A DNA stretch of 64,000 nucleotides from Octopus vulgaris (GCA_951406725.2 OX597836.1:32922001-32986000); one strand, 5' to 3'; positions 1 to 14,079 are shown, counted from the first letter of the stretch. Numbers and translations are program-made. Notes: generated by a model from the sequence alone, not told the origin.

Positions 1-222
1 ATTGATATATGTGTGTGTAAACATATATAGTTTATGTATACATGTGGAAATAAGTATATATGTTTATACTTATATATGTATGTGTAAATATGTGAATGTG
101 CATATTTTCATACATAAGTATGTGTGTGTGTACATATATACACATATACATAAATATGTGTGTGTGTACATACATACTCATATGTGTGCATATATATGTG
201 TGTCATGTGGTGGGATGTATAG

Positions 223-256
<34 letters not shown>

Positions 257-551
257 ATCCTGACCTAAGTGTCTCTGCAAAGTTGCAAAATGTAAATAAA
301 CTTTCTTCCCTAGTTAGGTTTCCTTGGAGGAAATAGCTTTTTTTTTACCTCCCACTATAACCCTGAACCCTCGGCCTCCCCTCCTCCTTTACTAACACAG
401 ATCCTTATCATCATCCGCACCACCATCATCATTATCATCATTACAACAATGTTATTTGGGGTTTTTTTTTTTCTGCAATGTCATAACTCATTACGCCATG
501 ACTTATTAAAGTTCTTAGCTTTGGCATTTGCCAGACATCATACAAACCAAC

Positions 552-720
<169 letters not shown>

Positions 721-810
721 TATTAGTGTTTTCCTTGTTCCCGTACTTTGACTGTGGCCATACTGGAGCACTGCATTTTAGTCAAAGAAATCGATCCCTG
801 GACTTATTCT

Positions 811-1360
811 GTCGGTGACAGGGTGAGAGAATTTGCAACTGAAAAACTCAGGGACCAGTCTAAGAAAGGAAGTAAAAGATGAACTTACCGTTGGTCACTT
901 CTATTCAAGCCTTTCTCACTCTTGTATTCTTAGCCTTTCTCTTTACCCTTCATCCACTTACCCCTTCTTTTCTCTGTCGTTCCCTCTCCCTGCTGTCTTT
1001 CTCCTCTGCACGCTGCTGTCACGTGACCAGCAGCCAGTCCCTTTTTTCCCTCATTTCTTAGACTGGTCCCTTAGCTGACCAGTTGCAAATTGTGTCTCTC
1101 AGTCCTCCATTGTCCAAAACATTTTCTAAGCATTAACCCACTATTCTCATCTTCTTGGCTCCAAGACCGTATTTTGTGTGACTGTTTGTCCTCGTCCTCC
1201 ATCCTAAATCAAACTCTTTGTCGTTCTGGGGGGCACCGCCAATTCAGAAGCATTCAACCATATCGTTAAAGGTGTGAAACTGAAGAGTACCACTGGTCAA
1301 TAACTGATGAAGGATTATGGACTTTCTGTTTGTCTCCTGTTTGTCCCTACATTTTTATGT
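811..1360. mobile_element. Unclassified interspersed repeat with an internal inverted repeat, possibly Penelope-like
   Basis: 830-865 (aatttgcaactg…agggaccagtctaagaa) is the approximate reverse complement of 1056-1092 (ttctagactggtccct…cagttgcaaatt). It begins where a SINE tail fragment (728-810) stops. Confidence 0.4.
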
Positions 1361-1399
1361 ATATAAAATGCTTATACATTTTGGTGGTGGTGGGGGGGA

Positions 1400-1612
1400 G
1401 CTTGGAAGCCAGGAGGCTGCACTAAGCTCCAGTCTGATCTGGCAGTGTTTCTATAGCTGGTTGGCATTAGGAAGGGCATCCAGCTGTAGAAACACTGCCA
1501 GATCAGACTGGAACCTGGTGCAGCCTCCTGGCTTCCCAGACTCCACTTGAACCATCCAACCCATGCCAGCATGGAAAACAGACGTTAAATGATGATGATG
1601 ATGATGATGATG
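1400..1612 (+). mobile_element. 3' end of an RTE-type LINE (or derived SINE) with (GAT)n tail, called family C here
   Basis: Shared core ggcattaggaagggcatccagctgtagaaac…ccatgccagcatggaaaacagacgttaaatgatgatg. The same tail follows RTE ORF2 ends at 32397 and 55591. Confidence 0.75.
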
Positions 1613-1616
1613 ATAC

Positions 1617-1661
<45 letters not shown>

Positions 1662-1672
1662 TAAATATATAC

Positions 1673-1718
<46 letters not shown>

Positions 1719-2298
1719 TACATACATACACATATATGTGTGTGTGTATGTGTGTGTGTGTGTGTATAGATAGATATAGATATATATTGAACAATATTTT
1801 CTAATGTGTCCTTCATTTTTTAACCCAGTCAGGTATGATTTAAGGGAACAAAGCAAATATCATTAACAAGTCAAACAAACAACCGTGCAGAGGTGTGACT
1901 TCCAACATTTCCACTATCAAGGAGTCCTTTTATTTAAATGAATTTCCCAAATTGATATCATGCTTTTTAATAAAATCTGCCTACTCAACAAATTTATGAA
2001 TTCAGTTGACAGACATCCAATACTGCTAATGTGAAACGACAGGGGTCAGCAACCCTCACATTAGGAACCACCCAAACTAGAAGCTTCCTCTTTAGCTCAT
2101 GCATGCAATAGCTTTCTGGTTGTTCTGACTTTTGAACCATCTTATCTACATTATCTCCATGTCTAAGACAAAACAATAGCTGAGAAAATACGCCTGCTCT
2201 CACCCCATCAACTCTCCTCAACAGAAAACTCACTCACTCGCCCTATTGTTAATGTCATTGTTTGGTAAGATTCAGTCTATCTATCTGTCTGTCTGTCC

Positions 2299-2330
<32 letters not shown>

Positions 2331-2403
2331 ATCAAACTATATGTCTGTTTGTCTATCTATCTATCTATCAAGCTATATGTCTGTCTGTCCATCTATCTAT
2401 CAA

Positions 2404-2464
<61 letters not shown>

Positions 2465-2485
2465 TTATATATATAAAATATTATC

Positions 2486-2893
2486 CTTTACTTGTTTGTC
2501 TATGACCATGCTGGGGCACCTCCTTGAAGAGGATTTTAGTCAAACAAATCAACCCCAGTACTTGTTATTTTTGTAAAGCCTGGTACTTATTCTATCAGTC
2601 TCTTTTATCAAACTGTTAAGGGAACATCAACACACCAACACCGGTTGTCAAATGACAGTGGGGGACAAACACAAAGACAAACACACACACACATGTATAT
2701 ATATATATATATATATATATCAATATACGCATACATATATAACAGGCTTCTTTCAGTTTCTGTCTACAAAAATTCACTTTGATTTGCCCGAGACTACAGT
2801 AGGAGACATTTGTCCAAGGTGCCACACAGTGGGACTGAACTCAGAGTCATGTGGCTAGGAAGTAGACTTCTTACCACACAGCCATGCCTACAC
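2486..2893 (-). mobile_element. tRNA-derived SINE with an internal TA/CA microsatellite, called family A here
   Basis: Reverse complement of the family head (ggcatggctgtgtggtaagaag…gagttcagtcccactgtgtggcaccttgg) and tail (…ccagcatggtc…aaacaagtaaa). Confidence 0.8.
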
Positions 2894-3212
2894 CTATATA
2901 TATATCATCATTTAATGTTCATAGTCCATGCTGGCATGGGTTGGATGGTTTGAATGGTGCTGGTAAGGCCAGGGCCCATTGTCTGTTCTGGCATGTGTTT
3001 TGTGGCTGGATGCACTTCCCAATGCCAACTACTTCATAGAGTGGACTGGGTGCTTTTTATGTGGCACCAGCACCGGTACCAATTCTGTTGTGGTGAACAC
3101 ACACACATACACACGCACGAATATATACATATGCAGATGTATATGAATATATGTACACATATACTTACATGCACACATCTTTGCACATGCACACCCTTAC
3201 CTATATATAGAC

Positions 3213-3253
<41 letters not shown>

Positions 3254-3355
3254 GGTGTAGGCATGGCTGTGTGGTAAGAAGTCTACTTCCTAGCCACATG
3301 ACTCTGAGTTCAGTCCCACTGTGTGACACCTTGGATATATATATATATATATATT

Positions 3356-3389
<34 letters not shown>

Positions 3390-3469
3390 ATATGTGTATA
3401 CATACACACACATGCTCTCACATTCATACATATGTATATATATATATATATATATATTATAATTACACA

Positions 3470-3828
3470 CGCATGATGCTAGTGGTGCCAGACTGGTTCC
3501 TGTGCCAGTGACACGTAGAAAGTACCATTCAAATGTCGTCGATGCCAGTGCCACCTGATTAGCTCCTGTGCCAGTGGCATGCAAAAGGCACCTTTCAGAT
3601 GTGGTCAATGCCAGTACCGCCTGACAGGCCCCATTGATGGTGTCACATAAAAAGTACCCACTCCATTCTTGAAATGGCTGACAATAGGAAAGGCATCCAG
3701 CTGTAGAAAACCTTGCAAGATCAGATTGGAGCCTGGCGCAGTCTCCTGACTTGCCAGTCCTCAGACTACTCGTCCAACCCATGCCAGCATGGAAAACAGA
3801 CGTTAAACGATGATGATGATGATGATGA
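3470..3828 (+). mobile_element. RTE-type 3' end, family C
   Basis: Internal short repeats, the family C core and a (GAT)n tail. Confidence 0.7.
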
Positions 3829-4027
3829 GGAGGAGGAGGAGGAGGAGGAGGCGGCACACACACACACACACACACACAAACTGAGAGAGTGAGAGATTGA
3901 TTGCTAGTTGTCTTTTGAAAGAGGTTTCTTATTAAATTAGAAGATAATGCTGGAATTTTTTCTAAATAATCTCCAACACCTACTTTCTCTCTCTCTCTTT
4001 CTTTCCTCTCTCTCTCTCCCTTTCCTT

Positions 4028-4083
<56 letters not shown>

Positions 4084-4667
4084 AGTCTGTGATTTATCAT
4101 CTCTTCAGTTTTGGCATTAAAATAGAGGTTGACAATCTCGAATGTTCTGTACTACTTAACATATTACCCAAAAACGTAACCCCCCTTCACAACCCCTACC
4201 CGTTCCCCACCCACCTCTCGCAACCCCTGCCCATTCCCCACCCACCCAGACACCATTATCTATCCACCACCTCCGTGTGTGCGTGTGTGTATGTATATGT
4301 ATATATATATATATACTTATAATATACTTACAGATGTAATTTATATATATATATATATATACATACACACACACACACACATATATATATATATGTTTGT
4401 GTGTGTATCTATACATATATACACATATATATATATATATACATATGTGTTTGTGTGTTGTATGCTGTCTTCTGTTTTCTGTTTTTTTTTTTTCTTTCCT
4501 TGTCTCTCTCTCTTCTGTTTTTATCAACTGCATACTATTTTGCCTAATAAATCCCCCACGCCACACCTTGCCACCCCCAGCCCTACCCCATCCGTTATTT
4601 TTTTCAAAGACTTTTTGGGAGGTTTCCAAGAATTTCATGGTGAAAAGTTAAAATAAATACAAGACAT

Positions 4668-4707
<40 letters not shown>

Positions 4708-5309
4708 TATAAAAGTATAGAAGCTGTTCTTATTATCATTCTCACTCATTTTTCTTGTACACACATAGACACACTTCCACACGTACACACACACAAACAC
4801 ACACACACACACATTTGATAAGTAATATTAGAAAACTGTATGTGTATGTGTGCGTTGTGCATGTGTGTGTGTGTGTGTGTTTATTATAAAGCAAGCAGAG
4901 AAAATACGTTGATATGTGTACAGCCTAAATACATTAAACATAAATGTGTGTGTGTGTGTGTGTGTGTGTATTTAAAATATAAACACACATGTATAAGAAC
5001 TTGACATATCAGTTTAATGTTCAGTGAGTGTGTGTGTGCATGTGTGTGTGTGTATGAGTGTGTGTGTGTGCATGTGTGTGTGTGTATGAATGTGTGTGTG
5101 TGTGTAGAGGTATCCTCTTGTATACTGCTCCAGCATGACTAAGATAAACTAAAGAACACACACACACACATCTGTGCATATATATTTTATATATTATATA
5201 TATAGTACTTCAAGCATGATATATATATGGATAGTAAAATATATTTGGTATATACATACACACACATATATGCACACACAAACACACACGTGTGTATATG
5301 TATATATAC

Positions 5310-5358
<49 letters not shown>

Positions 5359-5451
5359 AAAAAATATATATTTGAAATAAAAGAAGGGAACTGCACACTT
5401 TGCATAGTTTTAATATATTTTTTAATGTAATCGAAATTCTTCCCTTTCTGT

Positions 5452-5512
<61 letters not shown>

Positions 5513-5697
5513 TATAGATGTAGATATATATGTACATGCATATGTACATATACATATATATATATATGTACACATATATGTATATGTACATATATGCAGA
5601 TGTTTATATACATATATACGCATGTGCGTGTATGTATATGTATATATATGTATGAATGTATACATACATACATATATATATATACATATATATATAT

Positions 5698-5748
<51 letters not shown>

Positions 5749-6302
5749 CTCTATACATACATATATGTATATATTTATGCATGTATGTATAATATATTAT
5801 AATGTAATATAAATACCTAATTTTATTCATTTTATGCTATCTTCACACCACACACATACACAAAACCGCACACACACACACACACTACACAATCTCATAA
5901 AGGCAAAAAAATAATGATGAATATAGATTTTAATGTCTTATTAGCTTGAATACACATTACTAGTTGTTGCTCTCTCCAGATGATTACCTTTTCTCACCAA
6001 ATTCAAGTTGGCAGAAAGTGGCAAGGAACACTATCACTCGCTAATAGACAACACACTGGTTTACTGACCTATGGCCCAGTAAACTGAGCAACATTTTTAC
6101 TAGACACATTAATTCATAAGTATGTTTTTCACATCACATCATCTGTATCTTCCACATCTGTCTTAGCTTTCATTTCTTCTTTATGGAGTCAACAGAGGAG
6201 AAGAGCTGCAAATATTACTGTGATATACAACATACAACACAGATATACACACTTACATACATATATATACATATATATATATTTATACATACATATATAT
6301 AC

Positions 6303-6376
<74 letters not shown>

Positions 6377-6521
6377 ATACAAAGACATTTAAATGCCGGC
6401 CTATGATTGTTTGTGTTTGTGTGTATGCATTTTATTGTGTAAGTGTGTGTATTTGTGTGTGTGTGTGTATGTAAAAACGATCTACAGAGACAAATTGCAA
6501 ACCAGTGTATATAATACATAC

Positions 6522-6571
<50 letters not shown>

Positions 6572-6594
6572 ATTCTTATATATTTCTTTTATCT

Positions 6595-7157
6595 TTTACT
6601 TGCATTGGTCATTTGGCTGTGGCCATGCTGGGACATCGCCTTGCAGAATTTTTAGTCAAATGTATTGACCCTAGTACTGTTTATAAGCCAGGTACTTATT
6701 CTATCGGTCTGTTTTGTCGAACCACTATGTTACAGAGATGTAAACATGCCAACACTGCTTGTGAAGCAGTGGAGTGGGGACGAACATAGACACAAAGACA
6801 CATGCACATGGATATGTATATGCATATATACAATAGGCTTCTTTCAGTTTCCGTCTACCAAATCCATTCACAAGTTGGTTTGAGGCTATAATATAAGACA
6901 CTTGCCCAAGGTGCCGCACAGTGGGACTGAACCCAGAACCATGTGGTTGGGAAGCAAGCTTCTTACCCACACAGCAATGCCTGCATGCATATATATATGT
7001 GATGGACTTCTTTCAGTTTCTGTCTACCAAATCCACTTACAAGGCTTTGGTCAGCCCTAGGCTACAGTAGATGACACTTACCGAAGGTGCCATGCAGCGG
7101 GAGTAAACACAGAACCGTATGGCAGGGAAGCAAGCTTCTTACCACACAGCCACACCT
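6595..7157 (-). mobile_element. Family A SINE followed by a second partial copy
   Basis: Two successive matches to cttctttcagtttccgtctaccaaatcca…cttaccacacagc. Confidence 0.75.
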
Positions 7158-7160
7158 ATA

Positions 7161-7232
<72 letters not shown>

Positions 7233-7237
<5 letters not shown>

Positions 7238-7478
7238 TTGTCCGGAAAGGTCGATTTTTAAAGGAAAGAAAAAGGTCAATAAATACTTGGCATTACATTT
7301 TTAATCAGCCAAATATGAACCATTTTGTTGCACAATGCGTCTCCCTCTTTCCTTTAACTTGAAAATACCCCTTTCCCAGAATTGAGGTGGTTTCATGGCA
7401 AATAATTCATCAAGGTATCTTTTTACGTCATCCAAGGAATTGAAATTTTTTACCATTAAGACTGTTCTGCAAAGACCT
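7233..7478 (-). mobile_element. Mariner transposon 3' fragment (transposase C-terminus plus probable TIR) next to (TA)n
   Basis: Minus-strand KNFNSLDDVKRYLDELFAMKPPQFWERGIFKLKERGRRIVQQNGSYLAD* is a typical mariner C-terminus. It ends in a TIR-like tatggttgtccggaaag adjoining TA repeats. Confidence 0.8.
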
Positions 7479-7647
7479 GCCAGCTCACCACCAAAGAAGA
7501 GGAGGAGGAGGAAGAAGAAGAAGAAGAAGAAGAAGAAGAAGAAGAAGAAGAAGAAGAAGAAGAAGAAGAAGATGATGATGATGATGATGATGATGATTAC
7601 TACTACTACTACTACTACTACTACTATTATTATTATTATAGCCACCA

Positions 7648-8266
7648 GAGTGGCTGTGTGGTATGACGCTTGTTTCCCAACCACATAGTTCGAGGTTCAG
7701 TTCCACTGTGTGGCACCTTGGGCAAGTGTCTTCTACTAAAGGCTTGGGCTGACCAAAGGCATGTGAGTGAATTTGGTAGACAGGATCTGAAAGAAGCCCG
7801 TCATATATATATATATATATATATATATCTCTATATAAACGGCAGTTTGTCTGTGCGTGTTTCTGTGTGTCTGTTTGCTTGTACCCTCACCCTGACCACG
7901 GCTTTCAACCGATTCTGATGAAACTTGACACACACATAGCCCAATGTCATAATTCAAAACTAACGCAGCGAAAATTTTGAAAAGTTTCCCCAGTTCTGAA
8001 AAAAATCGATAAATTCGACATGGGGTCGAGAATCAGAAACAGGAACCACAAACTGTCTAGGGGACGCAACTCCACCGTTTTTTAATCTCAAAAAAAAATT
8101 TACCATCATTTTTTTCCATTTTTTTGCTATTTTTTAGCTATAACTCTCTAAAAATGCTTTATAGTTATTTCCCTTACAAACCTGAGCAACGCCGGGCGAT
8201 ACTGCTAGTATGTATATATATATGTATATATATCTATATATGTATATATGTATATATATATATATG

Positions 8267-8328
<62 letters not shown>

Positions 8329-8568
8329 TACATATATAGATATATATACATATATATATATGTATTTGTTTGTCTGTGCTTGTCCCCCACCATCACTTGA
8401 CAACTGGTGTTGGTGTGTTTATGTCTCTGTAACTTAGCAGTTTGGCAAAAGAGATTGATAGAATAAGCATTAGGCTTACAAAGAATAAGTGCTGGAGTCA
8501 ATTGCTTGAGTAAAGGCAGAGCTCCAGCATGGCCGCAGTCAAATGAGTGAAGCAAGTAAAAGAATAAA
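7648..8568 (+). mobile_element. Family A SINE interrupted by a Helitron
   Basis: Head at 7648-7803 and 3' half at about 8365-8568, separated by TA repeats and the 7828-8208 insert. Confidence 0.75.
7828..8208 (+). mobile_element. Non-autonomous Helitron-like element, 381 bp
   Basis: Starts with TC (TCTCTATATAAA), has a subterminal GC-rich hairpin cctgagcaacgccggg (8181-8196), ends in CTAG, and sits between A and T with no TSD. These are the canonical Helitron hallmarks. Confidence 0.8.
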
Positions 8569-8569
8569 T

Positions 8570-8890
8570 TGCGTACTGATTGACCCCCTCATGCCCGTTT
8601 GATTCCAGGATTGTAACGAAAGAAAAAGAAAAAATACAATCCCTTCAAATTTGAAATAGGAAGAATTTAGAGCGTGCAAACAGTGAACGTTGTGCCTGTA
8701 ATAATTGGTGCGTTGGGAACAGTAAGCAAAAATATAGACCAATGGCTGAAGGAGATTGAAATAGAATGCCTGGTAGAGCTCCTACAGAAAGTTTGTGGTT
8801 ACCTAAGGTTACAGGTAGTAACCCACCGTCCACATAATTCCAACCAGGAATAAGAACAAACCGGAACCAAACCAAAATAATAATAATTAT
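8570..8890 (+). mobile_element. R4/Dong-like non-LTR retrotransposon 3' fragment (restriction-like endonuclease region), degenerate
   Basis: With frameshifts: CVLID..SCPFDSRIVTKEKEK / YNPFKFEIGRI*SVQTVNVVPVIIGALGTVSKNIDQWLKEIEIECLVELLQKVC, then a short 3'UTR ending in (TAA)n. Confidence 0.75.
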
Positions 8891-8908
8891 CCTTTCTGTG
8901 ATAGACAT

Positions 8909-9100
8909 AAGGCCTGAAATTTGCAGGTGGGGATGGTCAAATCAATCCCAGTACTCCACTGGTACTTATTTTTATTGACTCCCAAAGGGGTGAAAGGCAA
9001 AGTCAAACTTGCCAGAATTTGAACTCAAAACCTTAGAACGGATGAAACGATGCTAGACATTTTGCCTGGCATGCTAACAATTCTGCCACCTCACTGCCTT
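8909..9100 (-). mobile_element. SINE family B (tRNA-like head, central gtcgactttgcctttcatcctttcggggtcgataaa domain)
   Basis: Diverged reverse complement of the 59194-59428 copy. Confidence 0.7.
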
Positions 9101-9107
9101 AATAAAA

Positions 9108-9160
<53 letters not shown>

Positions 9161-9164
<4 letters not shown>

Positions 9165-9720
9165 GCCCTGATGCAGTACCAGGCAGTGGCTCTCATGGCT
9201 TCTGATCTTAACTGATTGGAAGTGTTATCATGTACATTGTTTTGTCTTGGTATAAAAGATGGGCTACAGCAAATATTCTGCTCAATACCACAGATTTGCT
9301 TGTCAGTTGTTTGACCTTAACCAGTTGAGCATGTCCCTTAGTGGCTGACGTTATGTGCATCTCTGATCACGAGCAGAAGTAGTGGGGGAGCATCATAGCC
9401 ATGTGTTGAGAGGGATTGTTGGGGGTTTGAATAATTCACCTCTGGAAACATGGGTGGTTCTTTCAACATCCTTAAACAACCCTTATTCAGGGACCTTTTG
9501 AGCGGGATGGGCTACTCAACCTGAAGAAAATTCTAACTGGGCCCCACCTGCAAGGTCATGTGCTGTTTATCATGATATGAGATCACCATGTCGCGCACAT
9601 ATGGTTGTGATGCATGTACCTGGTGTACCTTTATCAGACGGGTAGTCATGATGGGTATATTGGGCTTTGTATATTTTACCCCAGTGTCACTTTGATGGCA
9701 TGCACTGCTCTCTCACTCAA
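9161..9720. mobile_element. About 560-bp non-coding element embedded in a (TAA)n microsatellite
   Basis: Complex sequence bounded by (AAT)n at 9108-9160 and from 9719. This is consistent with a TAA-targeting retroelement or a non-autonomous partner. Confidence 0.6.
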
Positions 9721-9745
9721 TAATAATAATAATAGTAGTAGTAGT

Positions 9746-9812
<67 letters not shown>

Positions 9813-9829
9813 ATCTTTTCTACTGGAGG

Positions 9830-10270
9830 CACAGGGTCTCAAATTTCGTGGGAAGGGACTTGTCAATTTCATCAGCCCTACTGTTCAACTGGTACTTATT
9901 TTATCAACCCAGAAAGTATGAACGGTAAAGTTGACTTCAGTGGAATTTGAACTCAGAATGTTGTGGCAGATGAAATACTGTTAAACTCTTCACATGGCAT
10001 GCTAATGATTCTGTTAGCTCGCTGCCTTATTAATAATGATAGTAATAATAATTATTTTTACTCTAGACAACAAGGCCTTGAAAATTTGGTGGGGAAGGGG
10101 TTTAGTCGATTACATCGACCCCAGTGCATAACTGGTACTTGTTTCATTGACCCTGAAAGGATGAAAGGCAAAGTCGACCTCAGTAGAATTTGAACTCAGA
10201 ACACAGCAGCAGGCAAAATACCACTAAGCATTTCATCCAGCATACTAACGATTCAGCCAGCTCACCGCCT
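9830..10270 (-). mobile_element. Two tandem family B SINEs
   Basis: Two matches to actggtactt…gaaaggcaaagtcgacctc…gaatttgaactcagaa…ctgccagctcgccgcc. Confidence 0.75.
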
Positions 10271-10278
10271 TGATGATG

Positions 10279-10312
<34 letters not shown>

Positions 10313-10724
10313 CAACAACTCTAGCAATAATAATAAAGTACATAAACATTTTTCTCAATCTTTCACTCTCTTTCATATACACATACGTATATATACGTAC
10401 ATATACATGCATGCACACACAGACACACAGACACACATGCATTAGGAAATAATCCCTCAAAAATGACAGACCAAAAAGCGGCTCCAATTCTTTCCTTTCC
10501 TGAAATTACTAAGTCGAAACTTTAATGTTGCGGAAAAGTAGAATATGACATATGAACATTCACTGAATATTTTCCTCTTTCTGACATTGAAAAATGCTGT
10601 TTTCTCCATCCGTACAGATGCAATAGGTGCTGACATCACTAATCACTTATGCTCCACTCATGGCTACCACTACTAATAAACACTAAGGGAACTAAGGAAA
10701 TGGTTGTCTATGAGATTCCTCTTT

Positions 10725-11435
10725 TGTCCTTTACTACTTGTGTTAGTTATTGGGCTTTGGCCATGCTGGGGCACCACTTTGAAGGGTTTAATTGAACAAA
10801 CTGAACCTAATTCTTTTTTTTTTTTAAATAACCTGGTACTTATTCTATTGATCTCTTTTGTTGACCTGCCAAGTTACAGGGATGTAAACAAACTAACATC
10901 AGTTGTCAAGAAGTGATGGGTCACAAACATAGGCACAAAGACATGCACATACATAGACACACACACACATATGCATATACATATGTATATGTATATCTAT
11001 ATATACATACATACATACATACATGGCGCAGGAGTGGCTGTGTGGCAACCACATGGTTCCAGGTTCAGTCCCATTGCATGGCACCTTGGGCAAGTGTCTC
11101 CTACTATAGCCTTGTGCCGACCAAAGCCTTGTGAGTAGATTTGGTAGACGGAAACTGAAAGAAGCCCATCGTATATATGTATAAGTATGTATATATATGT
11201 GTGTGTGTGTTTGTCCACCCCAACGTCGCTTGACAACCGATGTTGGCGTGTTTACACCCCCGTAACATAGCGGTTCGGCGAAAGAGACCGATATACAACG
11301 AGCTTCATTCAGCTTCCATCTACCAAATCGACTCACAAAGGCTTTTGTTGGACCTGGCATCGATTTGTTTGACTAAAACCCCTTCAAGGTGGTGCTCCAG
11401 CATGGCCAAAGTCAAATGACTGAAACAAGTAAAAG
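10725..11435. mobile_element. Cluster of family A SINE pieces in both orientations
   Basis: Minus piece 10725-10945, plus copy 11025-11295, short minus piece 11296-11360, plus tail to 11435. Confidence 0.7.
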
Positions 11436-11786
11436 AAGGAAGAAGAGGGGATAAAAGATATGCGTTTCTGAATGATTAACATGTGTTGTCTTCCATACTG
11501 CAATCATTTTGCTTGCAACCCATGGTCTCAGCTCAAATCATTTACATGACAAGTACACCTCTGAAATCAACATCATCATCATCATCATGTATTGTCCATT
11601 GTCCATGCTGGCATGGGTTGGATGGTTTGACCAGAGCTGGCGAGCTGGGGAGCTGCACCAGATTCCAGTCTGATTTAGCATGGTTTCTATGGCTGGATGC
11701 CCTTCCTAACATCAAACACTTCACTGAGTATCCTGAAATATATTGTGCAAGGCACTCTAGCTTTCCTTTTTTGCATTTCCTTCAAT

Positions 11787-12140
11787 CTCTCTCTTTCCTC
11801 TCTCTCTTCTCTCTCACCTCTCTCTCTCTCTCACCTCTCTCTCTCTTCTCTCTCTTTTCTCTCTCTCCTCTCATTTCTCCCTCCTCTCTCTCTCCTCCCT
11901 CTCTCTCCTCCCTCTCTCTCACCTCTCTCTCCCTTCTCTCTCTCTCCTCTCTCTTCTCTCTCCGCTCTCTCTCATCTCTCTCTTCCTTCTCTCTCTCCTC
12001 TCTCTCCTCTCTCTCCCTTCTCTCTCTCCTCTCTCTCCTCTCTTTCCCCTCTCTCCTCTTTCTCTCTTTTCTCCCCTCTCTCGTCCACCCACATCTCCCT
12101 TCTCTCTCTATCCCCCTCTCCTCCCCCTCTCACTCCCCCT
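11787..12140. repeat. Degenerate (CT)n polypyrimidine tract
   Basis: About 350 nt that are almost entirely C/T. Confidence 0.9.
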
Positions 12141-13299
12141 ATTTCAGGAACAGCTGGGGGGAGGGGTGTAGAGTACATTGGTATTGGAAATGGTATTTCA
12201 AAGATTAACAAAGGACTCTTGGAGAGTCAAGGCTTCCCAATGGAATGCAAGTCTGCTGCTGAAGCAGAGAGATAGCAGTTGCTCAGTAACAGCAATAACA
12301 ACATCCACCACCACATCAACAGCAACAACCACAGTGATATTATCACCACCACCACCACCACAGCAACAACAACAAGAAACAACCACTGTAGCAAAGATCA
12401 TCACCACCACTACCACTACTACTACTATCACAGCGAAAAGCTTAACAACCACTACTACGACAATAACATCAAGATGTGCAACAACAGCCAACACTATCAC
12501 AACAAGACCAGTAGCATGGCCACTACCGCCATAACCACACCAATAGCAACTGTTACCACTAACCGCCACCACCACAACAAAAACATGGACGAAAACTGCT
12601 ACTAACATGACTAATAACAACACCGACAGTCACCACTAGCTGTAATTAACAACCACCATCACCATCAAAACAATCATGACAATAAATGCCACCATCTTAA
12701 CCATAATAAGAACAACTTCAACAAAAACAACACTTATAAGAAAATATATAACCCACCATCCCCCGAAACAAATGTAAAGCTATGTTAATAACATAAGAAA
12801 CTACATGGATGTAGATAGTTTGATAACAGAACAGTCTTGAGTATCTGCTAAAAAGACTAAGAGGTATTTTAAGTTGATAAGTTCAGTAATTAAATGTTCT
12901 CCTAAAGTAGATTATAACAATATTAATTAACATTCACAGCATAATTACTATTATTATCTTATTTCTGACATCAGAAATGCAATTTTGTGTTTTGTTTTCT
13001 AGTACGGTTTTTTTTTTTTTTATTTCCTTTTTTTTTTCGTGTCTTAATTTATTTTGGTAGGGGGCAGATGTGTGGGGTTTCTTGTTTGTGTGTGTGTGTG
13101 TGTGTGTTTTGTTTTCTTTAGCTGTTTCATTCTGGAGGGAAATTGTTTTGCTGTATGATAATGAATATTAAGTTTAATTAAATTAACGAGCTTCCTTCCA
13201 GTCAAGAATCTTGAAAATATGAAGTTTATCTGTGTGCTGTCAATATGAAGATATATGTTTTTTTTATGATCATACCTCCCTGAAACTCTCTTTATGTAC

Positions 13300-13331
<32 letters not shown>

Positions 13332-13377
13332 AGAGAAAGATAGAGAACAGAAAAGAGACAAAGAGAGAGTGAGACAT

Positions 13378-13537
13378 AGGAGTGGCTGTGCGGTAAGTAG
13401 CTTGCTTACCAACCACATGGTTCCAGGTTCAGTTCCACTGCATGGCACCTTGAGCAGGTGTCTTCTACTATAGCCTCAGGCCGACCAAAGCCTTGTGAGT
13501 GGATTTGGTACATGGAAATTGAAAGAAGCCCGTCGTA

Positions 13538-13588
<51 letters not shown>

Positions 13589-13898
13589 AGATAGGGTTGT
13601 AACCCACCATGGGATAATATATGTTTATGTTTTACTATTTAAGTATGTTTCTCCATGTATGTATGTGTATGTATGTGTGTGTATGTGTTTGTGTGTCTGT
13701 GTTTGTCCTCCCACCATCGCTTGACAGCTGATACTGGTGTGTTTACATCCCCCGTAACCTAGCAGTTCAGCAAAAGAGGCCGATAGAATAAATACTAGGC
13801 TTACAAAGCATAAGTCCTGGGGTCAATTTGCTCGATTAAGGGAGGTACTCGAGCATGGCCGCAGTCAAATGACTGAAACATGTAAAGGAGTAAAAGAG

Positions 13899-13900
<2 letters not shown>
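13378..13900 (+). mobile_element. Family A SINE, full length
   Basis: Head aggagtggctgtgcggtaagtagc through tail aaggagtaaaagag. Confidence 0.85.
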
Positions 13901-13933
<33 letters not shown>

Positions 13934-13968
13934 AATATACAATACATGCATATATATATATATATACA

Positions 13969-14006
<38 letters not shown>

Positions 14007-14079
14007 TGCATATGTGCCGGTGTAGCCTAGTGTTTGTTGAGCTCACGATCATGTGGTCTCAGGTTCAGTTCATGGACCA

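Noticed and set aside
13378-13460. tRNA-like sequences with A and B boxes here and at many other sites
   Set aside because: They are SINE heads that continue into SINE bodies and do not form complete cloverleaves, so they are not called as tRNA genes.
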